Part shown: positions 17,553-27,076 of the stretch, one piece after another
How positions within the stretch are numbered: the stretch's first letter is position 1
How the letters are laid out: every line of letters starts with the position of its first letter
Origin: Lacunisphaera sp.
Lineage (GTDB): Bacteria; Verrucomicrobiota; Verrucomicrobiia; Opitutales; Opitutaceae
NCBI GenBank assembly: GCA_046593155.1
Contig: JBKJRX010000010.1
Coordinates: forward strand, 1-60,759
Reading direction: 5' to 3'
Length of the DNA: 60,759 bases
The notes under the pieces: generated by a model
Databases searched by the model: none
What the model saw: only the letters and a program-made list of their open reading frames with translations
Told to the model about the DNA's origin: nothing
Position numbers and translations under genes: made by a program

Positions 17553-18977
17553 ATGAATCGCGTTCACATCAAGACCTACGGTTGCCAGATGAACGAGCGC
17601 GACAGCGAGGCGGTCGCGGCGCTCCTGCGCGGCCGGGGCTATCGCATCGTCGCGGACGAGGACCAGTGTGACATCCTGCTGCTCAACACCTGCAGTGTGC
17701 GCGACGCCGCCGAGCAGAAGGCCATTGGCAAGGCCGGCCATCTCTCCGGCCGCAAGAAAAAGCAGCCCGATTTCATTCTCGGGATCCTTGGCTGCATGGC
17801 CCAGAATCGCGGCGCCGAACTGCTCGACCGCCTGCCCGACGTGGACCTCATCGTGGGCACTCAGAAATTTCATCAGGTGCCGGGCTACCTCGACAATCTC
17901 CGGGCCGCGCAAGCGGCGGGGGTGCCCGTCGGCTCGACCATCGTGGATATTGCCGAGGAGGCGGGTTCGCAGAACATGATCAAGGATCATATCCTGCCGC
18001 AGGATGAACCGGGTAGGGCGGCCACTCCGCTCCCCGCCGAGGCGGCCAGCGGAGTGGCCGCCCTACCTCAAATCACGGCCTTCGTCTCCATCCAGCAGGG
18101 CTGCAACATGGACTGCGCGTTCTGCATCGTCCCCAAGACCCGCGGCGATGAGCGCTCGCGACCGATGGACGATATCGTGCGCGAATGCACGCAACTGGCC
18201 GAACGCGGCGTTCGCGAAATCACCCTGCTGGGCCAGATCGTCACCAGCTATGGCCGGCGTGATTACGTGCATACCGGCGGCGTGACGCCCTTCGTGCAGC
18301 TGCTCGAACGCGTGAACGCCATCCCGGGCATCAAGCGTATCCGCTTCACCTCGCCGCATCCCCGCGGTTTCAAGGACGATCTCATCCAGGCTTATGGCCG
18401 GCTGGAAAAACTCTGCGAATACGTGCATCTGCCGCTCCAATCGGGGTCCAACCGCATCCTGCAGGAGATGAACCGGCCCTATTCACGAGAGCGTTACCTC
18501 GAGATCGTGTCCGCCCTCCGCGCCGTGCGGCCGGACATGTATTTCTCCACGGACGTGATCGTGGGTTTCCCGGGCGAAACCGCAGAGGACTTCGCGCAAA
18601 CCCGCGAGCTGTTCGAAACGTGCAATTACGACATGGCTTATATCTTCAAATATTCCATCCGCAGCGGCACGCCGGCCGCCACGCTGGCGGACCAGGTGCC
18701 GGACGCGGTGAAGGAGGCGCGTAACCAGATCCTGCTCGGCCAGCTCGAAGCCAATTCCAACCGCCGCAATGCCACGCTCCTCGGCACCACCCAGGCGGTG
18801 CTGGTTGAGGGCCCGGACAAGAAAGGCCTCAAATTCATGGGCCGCACCCGTGGCAACCGCATCGTGCATTTCGACGCCGACGAGCGGTTGATCGGCGAAC
18901 TGGTGCCGGTGAAGATCGAACGGGCTTCCACGGCGGTGCTTTATGGCTCGCTGGCGCTCGCCGGGGTGGAAGCCTGA
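17553..18977 (+). CDS. miaB: tRNA methylthiotransferase MiaB
   Basis: TYGCQMNERDSE, LNTCSVR, GCMAQ, CNMDCAFCIVP, FTSPHP, C-terminal TRAM domain. Confidence 0.96.
   Translation: MNRVHIKTYGCQMNERDSEAVAALLRGRGYRIVADEDQCDILLLNTCSVRDAAEQKAIGKAGHLSGRKKKQPDFILGILGCMAQNRGAELLDRLPDVDLIVGTQKFHQVPGYLDNLRAAQAAGVPVGSTIVDIAEEAGSQNMIKDHILPQDEPGRAATPLPAEAASGVAALPQITAFVSIQQGCNMDCAFCIVPKTRGDERSRPMDDIVRECTQLAERGVREITLLGQIVTSYGRRDYVHTGGVTPFVQLLERVNAIPGIKRIRFTSPHPRGFKDDLIQAYGRLEKLCEYVHLPLQSGSNRILQEMNRPYSRERYLEIVSALRAVRPDMYFSTDVIVGFPGETAEDFAQTRELFETCNYDMAYIFKYSIRSGTPAATLADQVPDAVKEARNQILLGQLEANSNRRNATLLGTTQAVLVEGPDKKGLKFMGRTRGNRIVHFDADERLIGELVPVKIERASTAVLYGSLALAGVEA
18012..18067. repeat. GTAG-type palindrome inserted in frame in miaB
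   Basis: Perfect 20-bp IR GGTAGGGCGGCCACTCCGCT / AGCGGAGTGGCCGCCCTACC. Confidence 0.85.
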
Positions 18978-19039
18978 TCACCACGAAACACACGAAAATG
19001 AATCTTCCCCTTTGGTGTATTTCGTGTGTTTCGTGGTGA
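18978..19039. repeat. ACCACGAAACACACGAAA palindromic repeat
   Basis: Perfect 20-bp IR TCACCACGAAACACACGAAA / TTTCGTGTGTTTCGTGGTGA. Confidence 0.85.
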
Positions 19040-19047
19040 CCTAAACC

Positions 19048-19593
19048 ATGTCACTTTTCCTCGCCACGCTCCTACCCGGCCTCTTCATCGCGCTGCTCGG
19101 CGCGACGCTGCTCTGGAACAATTCCCTCGTGGGTTCAACCGCCCGCGCCTTGCCGCGCTCGAACCGCGGCGCCTGGCTGTTCTTCGGCGCCGGCGCCGTC
19201 TGGTTCATCTGGCGCTGCTCGCAGCTGAATGAGTCCGACCTGATTTTCTTCAAGTCGCCCGGCCCGGTGATGATCGCCTTCGGGGTGCTGGCCGTGCTGG
19301 CCTTCATTTACACGCCGGACTTCCTGGCCGTGCGCGGGCTCAGCGTGCTGATGCTGCTCGCCGCCGAACCGTTGCTCTACGCCGCCTATATGGAATACCA
19401 GCACCCGCAACGATTGCTGATGGTCACCGCCGTTTATCTCGGTCTGGGCCTGGCCCTGTATCTGGCGGCGGCGCCCTACCGGTTGCACGACTTCTTCGAG
19501 TGGCTGTTCCAACAGCCGTCGCGCGCGCGATTGGTCGGCACGATCCTGCTGTCCTACGGTCTGGCCACGGCCGCGGCGGCATTCACCTACTGA
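19048..19593 (+). CDS. hypothetical integral membrane protein
   Basis: About 6 hydrophobic segments; operonic between miaB and gmk. Confidence 0.8.
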   Translation: MSLFLATLLPGLFIALLGATLLWNNSLVGSTARALPRSNRGAWLFFGAGAVWFIWRCSQLNESDLIFFKSPGPVMIAFGVLAVLAFIYTPDFLAVRGLSVLMLLAAEPLLYAAYMEYQHPQRLLMVTAVYLGLGLALYLAAAPYRLHDFFEWLFQQPSRARLVGTILLSYGLATAAAAFTY

Positions 19594-19595
19594 GC

Positions 19596-20195
19596 ATGCC
19601 CGCGACCCCCAAGACCGTGCTGCTGATTCTGGCCGGCCCCGCCGGCGTCGGCAAAAGCACGCTGTGCGACCGCCTGGTTTCCGAGATGCCGGGTTTCGAG
19701 CGCGTCATCACGGCCACCACGCGCCCGCCACGCCCCAACGAGATCCAGGGCCGCGATTATCATTTTTTCCCCGAGGCGGAATTCGACGCGCGCCTGGCCG
19801 CGCAGGACTTTCTCGAGTGGGCCTGGGTGCACCGGAAATTCCGCTATGGCACGCTCAAGTCCGCCGTGCTGGATCGCCTCCCGCACACCAGCCTCGTTGC
19901 CAACGTGGATGTGCAGGGCGTGCGCAGCATCCGCGCCGCCGCCCAAAGCCTCCCGCTGCTCAAATCGCGTCTCGTCACCATTTTTGTCGCGCCCGATTCA
20001 CTTGCCGTGCTCCGTGACCGGCTGCAGGGCCGCGGGGCCGTGAGCGCGGAGGAGCTGGAGCGGCGGTTGCAGAGCGCCGAGCTCGAGCTCGCCGAGCGCA
20101 ATTCCTACGACTACGTCATCCACAGCAAGACGAAGGAGCAGGATTTCCTCGCGCTGCTCGATTATTGGACGCAGGCGAAACGGAAACTGGGGTAG
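19596..20195 (+). CDS. gmk: guanylate kinase
   Basis: GPAGVGKST P-loop, TTRPPRPNE, DYHF, FLEWAWVH, YGT. Confidence 0.93.
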   Translation: MPATPKTVLLILAGPAGVGKSTLCDRLVSEMPGFERVITATTRPPRPNEIQGRDYHFFPEAEFDARLAAQDFLEWAWVHRKFRYGTLKSAVLDRLPHTSLVANVDVQGVRSIRAAAQSLPLLKSRLVTIFVAPDSLAVLRDRLQGRGAVSAEELERRLQSAELELAERNSYDYVIHSKTKEQDFLALLDYWTQAKRKLG

Positions 20196-20247
20196 GGGCC
20201 GTTGCCCCAACGGCCTTCGCGGACGCTTGAGCGCAAGCGCCCCTACC
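20191..20247. repeat. GTAG-type REP doublet overlapping gmk stop
   Basis: GGTAGGGGC...GCCCCTACC with internal hairpins. Confidence 0.8.
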
Positions 20248-20255
20248 CGCAAACC

Positions 20256-21242
20256 ATGAGCACCCTTTTTCCCGTCAGCGACCACTGCGACGGCACGCAT
20301 TTTTTCAATCCGCCCGGCTGCCTCCAAGCCCGCGGGTTTTCCGAGCTGCCCCGCTGGTGGTATCAACGCCTGGTCTTGCGCCAGGGCTCGCGCTGGCCGC
20401 GGGCCGTGCCGGCGCCGCTGACGCCGGTTTTGCCGGAGGGCATTCCCACCGGCCGGATGGCGGTCACGTTCATCGGCCATTCCACCTTTCTGTTGCAGTT
20501 GCCCGGACTGAACATCCTGACCGACCCGGTGTTCGCCTCGCGCGCCGGACCGTTCGGGCTGCTGGGCCCCAAACGCGCGCGCCGGGCCGCCCTGGGCCTG
20601 TCCCACCTGCCGCGCATCGACGTCGTCGTGCTCAGCCACAATCACTACGACCATCTCGATCTCCCCGCGCTACAGTGGCTGGCGCGGCAGCATCGCCCGA
20701 CGGTTGTCACGACCCTGGGCAACCGGGCGTGGCTCGAGGCCCGCGGCGTCGGCCGGGTGACCGAGCTCGACTGGTGGCAGTCCCATCACCCGGCGCCGAA
20801 CCTCGAGGCCATCTGCACCCCGGCCCAGCATTTCGCGGCCCGCACGCCCTGGGATCGGAGCCGCACCCTGTGGGGTGGTTTCATGCTGCGCACGGCCGTG
20901 GGCCTCGTTTATTTCGCCGGCGATTCGGGCTGGGCCCCATTCTTCGACCAAGTCAGGACGCGCCTCGGCCCGCCAATGCTGGCGCTGCTGCCCATCGGTG
21001 CCTATGAGCCGCGCTGGTTCATGGAGGCGGTGCACATGAATCCGGACGAGTCCGTCCGGGCACATCTGGCGCTCGGGGCCCGGCGGTCGCTCGGCATGCA
21101 CTTCGGCACCTTTCAACTGACGGATGAGGACATTGATGAGCCGTTGCGCGCCCTGGCCGCCGCCCGCACCGCGCATGGGGTGGCGGAAGAGGATTTTAGC
21201 ACCTTGGAATTCGGAGAGACGCGCCTGCTGGGTGCGACGTGA
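20256..21242 (+). CDS. MBL-fold metallohydrolase (RomA/NAPE-PLD-like)
   Basis: GHST, TDPVF, SHNHYDHLD, PAQH, AGDSG, PIGAYEPRWFM, HFGTF. Confidence 0.92.
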   Translation: MSTLFPVSDHCDGTHFFNPPGCLQARGFSELPRWWYQRLVLRQGSRWPRAVPAPLTPVLPEGIPTGRMAVTFIGHSTFLLQLPGLNILTDPVFASRAGPFGLLGPKRARRAALGLSHLPRIDVVVLSHNHYDHLDLPALQWLARQHRPTVVTTLGNRAWLEARGVGRVTELDWWQSHHPAPNLEAICTPAQHFAARTPWDRSRTLWGGFMLRTAVGLVYFAGDSGWAPFFDQVRTRLGPPMLALLPIGAYEPRWFMEAVHMNPDESVRAHLALGARRSLGMHFGTFQLTDEDIDEPLRALAAARTAHGVAEEDFSTLEFGETRLLGAT

Positions 21243-21500
21243 ACCGGGCACGTTTGCATCCGCTGAAGGAATATCAGGAAAAACTCAACGCCTTGCTCGG
21301 ACCGGAAATTGCGACCGCCTATGCCCAGCGTAACCGCGGCGGAATCATCACGACCACCACGCTGCCCCGCCCGGGCGGCAACTGATCCGATCCCGGACCG
21401 GGGTCCGCGCATTTCCCGTTTGAGTTTACGGCATTTGGGGCCATTGGTTCAACCAACCCTAACCCGGCCAGCCGTCACCCACCGGTCTGGCCAGACCCCC

Positions 21501-22520
21501 ATGGCAGCTCCCGGCGTTCCGCACGCCATCTTCACCGCCCGCTCCATGAGCGCGCACAACCGCGCCGTGATGCGGGCGGCCTTTGACCACGCGCTAAAAC
21601 TGACCGAGCGCAACCGCCTCACCCTGCGCGTGCCGCATGAAATCAAGCCCGTGCAGAACAAGCGCGGCATGCATTACCATTACCGGCCGGAGTTTTTTCT
21701 CGGCCTGCACGGCACCACCGACTTCAGCTTTCCCCGGGAGAGCTTCCGGCTCGGGCCGGACGAAATCTGCATCATCCCCGCCGGCGTGCCGCACGGGGAG
21801 GTCGTGCAACCCGGCCCGGACAAACCCTTCCGCAACCTTGTTGCCGGTTTCTATAACAACACGCTCAGCCTGCACTTCGCGCATGAGGTGCGGCCGGGCA
21901 AGCCCGACATCGAAGTGATCGAATTCTTCGATGCCCCGAACCTCGAGGTCTTTCTCACCCTGGCCAACACCACGGCCCACACCCACAGTTCGCAGGGACC
22001 CGCGCGCGAGGCCGTGCTCAAGGGCCTGCTGCTCGCCCTGCTCGGTCTCTTCCGCAACATCGTCGAGACCGGCACCGGCCAGCTCAACAGTGACATCGGC
22101 AAGGTTTTCCAGGCGAAATGCCTCGTGCGCGAGCAATTCGCCAATGCCGAGCTCGGGGTGCAGCACATCGCGGAGCTGCTCGGCTGCTCGCCCGACTACC
22201 TCTCCCATCTCTTCCACACGGAGACAAAGGAACGGCTCACGCACTACATCCAGCGGATCCGCATCGAGGGCGCCATTCTCGCGCTCGAGACCTCGTCGCG
22301 CACGATTTCGGAAATCGCCTACGCCAGCGGTTTTTCCGATCCGGCTTATTTTGCCCGCGTGTTCAAGCAGCACAAAGGAACCACCCCCCAGGAATATCGC
22401 GCGCGGCTCGAGGCGCAGCGCCAGCTGCAGGACGAGCAACCGAAGACCGTCTATCACGACCGGCTGGACTTCACGCACGGCGTGCCGGCGGGGAAGTCAA
22501 CGCCCGCCACGGGGAAATGA
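21501..22520 (+). CDS. AraC family transcriptional regulator with cupin domain
   Basis: HYH...PAGVPH cupin; ISEIAYASGFSDPAYFARVFK. Confidence 0.92.
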   Translation: MAAPGVPHAIFTARSMSAHNRAVMRAAFDHALKLTERNRLTLRVPHEIKPVQNKRGMHYHYRPEFFLGLHGTTDFSFPRESFRLGPDEICIIPAGVPHGEVVQPGPDKPFRNLVAGFYNNTLSLHFAHEVRPGKPDIEVIEFFDAPNLEVFLTLANTTAHTHSSQGPAREAVLKGLLLALLGLFRNIVETGTGQLNSDIGKVFQAKCLVREQFANAELGVQHIAELLGCSPDYLSHLFHTETKERLTHYIQRIRIEGAILALETSSRTISEIAYASGFSDPAYFARVFKQHKGTTPQEYRARLEAQRQLQDEQPKTVYHDRLDFTHGVPAGKSTPATGK

Positions 22521-22524
22521 GGGC

Positions 22525-22582
22525 GGTAGGGCGCGGACTCCGTTCCGCGCCGCGCGGCGGTGAAGGGACTCACCGCCCTACC
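22525..22582. repeat. GTAG-type REP doublet between convergent genes
   Basis: GGTAGGGCG...CGCCCTACC; contains the amylase stop codon. Confidence 0.8.
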
Positions 22583-23978
22583 GTAAATAAACCTGATACC
22601 CCCACGCCGGAAGCGTCAGCTCCGCGCCCTCGACGATGTCCGCCTTCTCGCCGGAGAAAAACTCCGTGTAGCGGCCGGCATAGGGACCGTCGGTGAGCTT
22701 CACCTTGCGGGTTTGCGCGGAAAAATTCATCACAGCGAAGACCTTGTCCTTGGCGTTCTCGCGCACGAAACTGAACACCTTGGTGCCGTCGGTGTTCACG
22801 ACCTGCACCATCTTGGCGCCCCACTTGGCGTTCCACAGCGCGGTGTTGGCCTTCTTCAACGCGAAGAGCTTCCGATAGAACCCGGCCATCGGGTGGTCGC
22901 GCCACTGGATCGGATCCTTTTCGAAAAACAGCAGCCGCTTGTTGAAGCCGGCCTCCTGCCCGTTGTAGATAAGCGGCAGGCCTTCGCCGATGACCGAGAG
23001 GACGATCGCCGCCTCAAGGCCGTCGCCAAACTGCTCGTATTCCGTGCCGTCCCACGAGTTCTTGTCGTGGTTGGACACGAAGGTCATGCGCATGATGTTG
23101 TCGGGATAAAAGCCCTCGTTCCATGCGTAGTAATTGAAGAGCGCGCTGACGTCAGCCTGGCCCTTGCACACCTTGTGGACGGCCTCATACCAGCTCCATG
23201 CATAGGTCATGTCGAAGGCCTCGGCGTGGAGGTCGCGTGATTCCCATTCGGCGAGCATGAAAACCGGCTTGATGGCATCGAGTTCGCGGCGGAGGTTGTT
23301 CCAGAAATCCAGCGGGATGTAGCCAGCCACGTCGCAGCGGTAGCCGTCGATGCCGATGTCGCGCACCCAGTATTTCATGACTTCGGTCATGTATTTGCGC
23401 AAACCGGGCGAGTTGTAATCGAGATTGATGATGTCCGACCAGTCCCACCAGGGTGTCGGGCGGAAAGCGCCCTTCCAGTCGCGCTGATACCACTCGGGAT
23501 GCTCAACGGTCAGGGGGTTGTCCCACGCGGTGTGGTTGGGCACCCAGTCGAGGATGACCTTGAGGCCGAGTGCATGCGCGGTGTCGACGAACTGCTTGAG
23601 GGCGGCGAGCGTGCCAAACTCGGGGTTGACGCCGTAGTAGTCCTTCACCGCGTAGGGACTGCCCAGGGTGCCCTTGCGTTTTTTCTCGCCGATCGGATGG
23701 ACCGGCATGAGCCAGATGATGTCGACGTTGAGCGCCTTGATGCGCAGGAGCTCCTTTTCCACGGCGGCAAAGGTGCCCTCCGCGGAAAACTGCCGGACAT
23801 TGACCTGGTAGATGGTGGCGTTCTTCGACCAGTCCGGGTGGACCACCTTCACGTAGGGTTGCGGCTGATAAGGGTCCGCGGTTGGGGTTGCCGCAAAGAC
23901 GGGGGCGACGGCCAGCAGGGCGGCGAGGAGCGTGGCGCGGAAGGGGCGAAGGGCTGAAGGGCTGAAAGGCTGAAACAT
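22578..23978 (-). CDS. secreted GH13 alpha-amylase family protein
   Basis: DWVPNH, GYRCDVA, MLAE, FVSNHD conserved regions; signal peptide. Confidence 0.93.
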   Translation of the reverse strand: MFQPFSPSALRPFRATLLAALLAVAPVFAATPTADPYQPQPYVKVVHPDWSKNATIYQVNVRQFSAEGTFAAVEKELLRIKALNVDIIWLMPVHPIGEKKRKGTLGSPYAVKDYYGVNPEFGTLAALKQFVDTAHALGLKVILDWVPNHTAWDNPLTVEHPEWYQRDWKGAFRPTPWWDWSDIINLDYNSPGLRKYMTEVMKYWVRDIGIDGYRCDVAGYIPLDFWNNLRRELDAIKPVFMLAEWESRDLHAEAFDMTYAWSWYEAVHKVCKGQADVSALFNYYAWNEGFYPDNIMRMTFVSNHDKNSWDGTEYEQFGDGLEAAIVLSVIGEGLPLIYNGQEAGFNKRLLFFEKDPIQWRDHPMAGFYRKLFALKKANTALWNAKWGAKMVQVVNTDGTKVFSFVRENAKDKVFAVMNFSAQTRKVKLTDGPYAGRYTEFFSGEKADIVEGAELTLPAWGYQVYLR

Positions 23979-24026
23979 GGCGGAGAACGTGGTTCGTGGA
24001 TTGCGTTTTCTGAAAAATTCAGCTCT

Positions 24027-25328
24027 TCAGTTTTTCAGTCCTTCGCTCCTTTCCTCCGGCACCCAGGACAAGGCGACGGCGGCGAGCATCATGCAGCCCC
24101 CGCCGATAACCACCGCCGTCATGGCGTGGCCGCCCAGCAGGTATTTCACCGCCGGCCCGAGGAGGGTGGCGGCGAGGATCTGCGGCAGCACGATGAAGAA
24201 ATTAAATACCCCCATGTAGAATCCCATCTGCTTCGCCGGAATGGTATTCGCCAGCAGCGCGTAAGGCATCGAGAGGATCGTGGCCCAGCCGATGCCGACG
24301 CCGGTCATCGAGAGCAGCAACAGCTCGGGAGTTTTGACCACCCCGACCGAGCACAGCCCGACGCCGGCGCAGAGCAGGCCGCAACGGTGCAGGAGCTTGG
24401 CCGGCACGCCGCGTCCGGCGAGCGCCACGAGCAGGAACGCGACCACGAAGGCCGTGCCGTTGTAGACCGCGAAGCAGACGCCGCCCCACTCGAGACCGCG
24501 CTGGTATTCGACCGAGCCGGGCTCGCCCCCAAAGACCCCGCGCGCGATGGCCGGGGTGAAGTAGATCCACATGCAGAACAGTCCAAGCCAGGTGAAGAAC
24601 TGCACGACCGCCAGCCGCCGCATGACGTGCGGCATGCGGGCGATGCCGTGGAAGATCTCGACGAAGAACGAGGTGGGTTTCGGCGCATCGGCCGCCGGCT
24701 CGATCTCGGGGGGAAACTCCGGGGTCGTGACGATCGTGTAGACCACGGCCGCGATGTAGACGACGGCACCGACGTAGAATGAGGTCTTCACGGACGGCGG
24801 GATGCCGGTCGTGGCGGCCTCCACGAGTCCGAAGCGCGTCAGCAGCCAAGGCAGCGCGGACGACAGCACGGCGCCGAGCCCGATGAGCAGGCTCTGCATG
24901 GCGAAACCCACCTGGCGCTGCGCCGGCGGCATCAGGTCGGCCACGAAGGCGCGGAAGGGCTCCATGCTGATGTTGACCGAGGCGTCGAGCACCCAGAGCA
25001 GGCCCGCGGCCATCCACAGGGTTGACGAGTTCGGCATGGCGACCAGCGCGAGGCTGGCGAGGATCGCGCCGGCCAGGAAGTAGGGGCGGCGGCGGCCGAG
25101 ACCGCGGACCCAGGTGCGGTCGCTGTAGTAACCGATAATCGGCTGCACAATCAGGCCGGTGAGCGGTGCGGCGAGCCAGAGAATGGGAATTTCACTCTCC
25201 GATGCACCGAGGAACTCGTAGATCGCACTCATGTTGGCCATCTGCAGGCCCCAGCCGAACTGGATGCCGAAGAAGCCGAAGCTCATGTTCCAAATGGCCG
25301 GCAGGGTCATGGGGCGCAGGGTCGTCAT
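24027..25328 (-). CDS. MFS maltose/sucrose-type transporter (SLC45-like)
   Basis: NMSFGFFGIQFG, WLAAPLTGLIVQPIIG, GRRRPYFL, NISMEPFRAFV. Confidence 0.92.
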   Translation of the reverse strand: MTTLRPMTLPAIWNMSFGFFGIQFGWGLQMANMSAIYEFLGASESEIPILWLAAPLTGLIVQPIIGYYSDRTWVRGLGRRRPYFLAGAILASLALVAMPNSSTLWMAAGLLWVLDASVNISMEPFRAFVADLMPPAQRQVGFAMQSLLIGLGAVLSSALPWLLTRFGLVEAATTGIPPSVKTSFYVGAVVYIAAVVYTIVTTPEFPPEIEPAADAPKPTSFFVEIFHGIARMPHVMRRLAVVQFFTWLGLFCMWIYFTPAIARGVFGGEPGSVEYQRGLEWGGVCFAVYNGTAFVVAFLLVALAGRGVPAKLLHRCGLLCAGVGLCSVGVVKTPELLLLSMTGVGIGWATILSMPYALLANTIPAKQMGFYMGVFNFFIVLPQILAATLLGPAVKYLLGGHAMTAVVIGGGCMMLAAVALSWVPEERSEGLKN

Positions 25329-25335
25329 GGGGCGG

Positions 25336-26904
25336 TCAGTGTTCGGGGGGTTCGCTGTAGTCGCGGAGAGGGCGGTCGCCGGTGCGGTCGTAGAGCTTGA
25401 TCCAGTGGCTGAGCTTGACGGACTTTTCGCCGGAGAGGGACGAGAGCTCGGCGGCGGTGAAGCGCCACTGCCAGTTGCCCTCGTTGGTGCCCGGCCGGTT
25501 CAGGGTGGCCGAGGCGGGCAGGTCGAGCAAGTCCTGCATGGGGATGACCGCCAGCCGCGAAGGCGTCGCCAGGGCGGCCCGGATCACCGGCCACGCGGAG
25601 CGGCCGCCGCCGAGCAGGTAATAGTCGTCCACCATCGTGGCGATCGAGGGCGGCAGCGACTCGAGCCAGCCGCGGGTGGTGATGTTGTCGTGAGTGCCGG
25701 TGTAGGCGACGCTGTCCGGCGGGTAGAAGTGCGGCAGGTTGACGTTGTTGGCGTCGTGCCCATAGGCGAACTGGAGCACCTTCATGCCCGGCAGCCCCGC
25801 GCCGCGGCGCAGCTCCACCACGTCGGGACCAATGTAGCCGAGATCCTCGGCGATGATGCGGGCCGCCGGCAACGCGGCGCGGACGGCGTGGAAGAAAGGC
25901 AGGCCCGGTCCCTTGAGCCAGCGGCCGGAACGTGCGTCGGGTGCGCCCGCGGGAATCTCCCAGTAGGTGTCGAAGCCGCGGAAGTGATCCAGCCGGATGA
26001 TGTCGTAGAGTTCGAACGCGGCGCTGAGCCGGTCGATCCACCACTCGTAGCCGGTGTGCGCAAGGTGATCCCAGTCGTAGAGCGGGTTGCCCCAGAGCTG
26101 GCCCGTCGCCGCGAAATAATCCGGCGGCACGCCGGCGACGGCCAGTGGCTGGCCGTGCGCGTCGAGGCGGAAGACCGCGCGGTTCTGCCAGGTGTCGGCA
26201 CTGTCGAGCGCGACAAAAATCGGCACGTCCCCGATGATGCCGACGCCACGCTCGGCGGCATGGCGGCGGAGCCGGTCCCACTGGCCGAAGAAAACATACT
26301 GGTAGAACACATGCCGGTCGGCCTCGCGGCGGATGCTTTCCGGCGCGGTGGCGCGGAGCGCGGCGTTCCATTCGCGGTATTCCTCGGGCCAGGTCGTCCA
26401 GGCGCGGCCGCCGAAGTGGGCCTTGAGCGCCATGAAGTCGGCGAAGGGCTCCAGCCAGCCGGCGTGTTCGCGCCGGAAATCGCGCAGTGAATCGAAGCCA
26501 CCGAGCCGGTCCGCGCCGGACGCGGCGAAGCGGTCGTGGGCGCGGGCGAGCACGGGCCAGAAGGACTCGTAGAGCCGGCCATAATCCACGCTGCCGGCGG
26601 GCAGCGCGCGCAGCGGGGCGAGTTCGGCGGCCTCCAGCAGCCCGGCGGCTTGGAGCTCGCCGAGGTCGATGAAATACGGGTTGCCCGCGCGGCCCGAAAA
26701 CAGCTGGTAGGGCGAGTCACCGTAACCGGTCGGACCGATGGGGCAGATCTGCCAGTAGCGCACGCGGACCTCGGCCAGGAAGTCCACGAAGGCGCGCGCG
26801 CCCGGCCCGAGATTGCCGATGCCGTAGGTCCCGGGCAGCGACGAGACGTGCGCGAGCACGCCGGCGGTGCGGGTGGTGAGCCACGACTGGGGCGGGTGTT
26901 CCAT
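25336..26904 (-). CDS. malQ: 4-alpha-glucanotransferase (GH77)
   Basis: GDSPY, GVPPDYF, WGNPLYDW, RLDHFRGF, AEDLG, YTGTHDN. Confidence 0.95.
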   Translation of the reverse strand: MEHPPQSWLTTRTAGVLAHVSSLPGTYGIGNLGPGARAFVDFLAEVRVRYWQICPIGPTGYGDSPYQLFSGRAGNPYFIDLGELQAAGLLEAAELAPLRALPAGSVDYGRLYESFWPVLARAHDRFAASGADRLGGFDSLRDFRREHAGWLEPFADFMALKAHFGGRAWTTWPEEYREWNAALRATAPESIRREADRHVFYQYVFFGQWDRLRRHAAERGVGIIGDVPIFVALDSADTWQNRAVFRLDAHGQPLAVAGVPPDYFAATGQLWGNPLYDWDHLAHTGYEWWIDRLSAAFELYDIIRLDHFRGFDTYWEIPAGAPDARSGRWLKGPGLPFFHAVRAALPAARIIAEDLGYIGPDVVELRRGAGLPGMKVLQFAYGHDANNVNLPHFYPPDSVAYTGTHDNITTRGWLESLPPSIATMVDDYYLLGGGRSAWPVIRAALATPSRLAVIPMQDLLDLPASATLNRPGTNEGNWQWRFTAAELSSLSGEKSVKLSHWIKLYDRTGDRPLRDYSEPPEH

Positions 26905-27076
26905 GATCAGAACTTCGGGTGCGGTCGGCACGGTGGGCAGGAGTTCGCGCGCTGGCGGCCGACGGCTCGTCTTAACCCCGGGAGGGAGTCCGCCGCCAGC
27001 GGGCGAAGGTGGGATGAAAGCGGCCACCAGGGTCGGACTGGTGGCCGCGGGGAGGACGGGAGCTCGGGGGCTCCGC

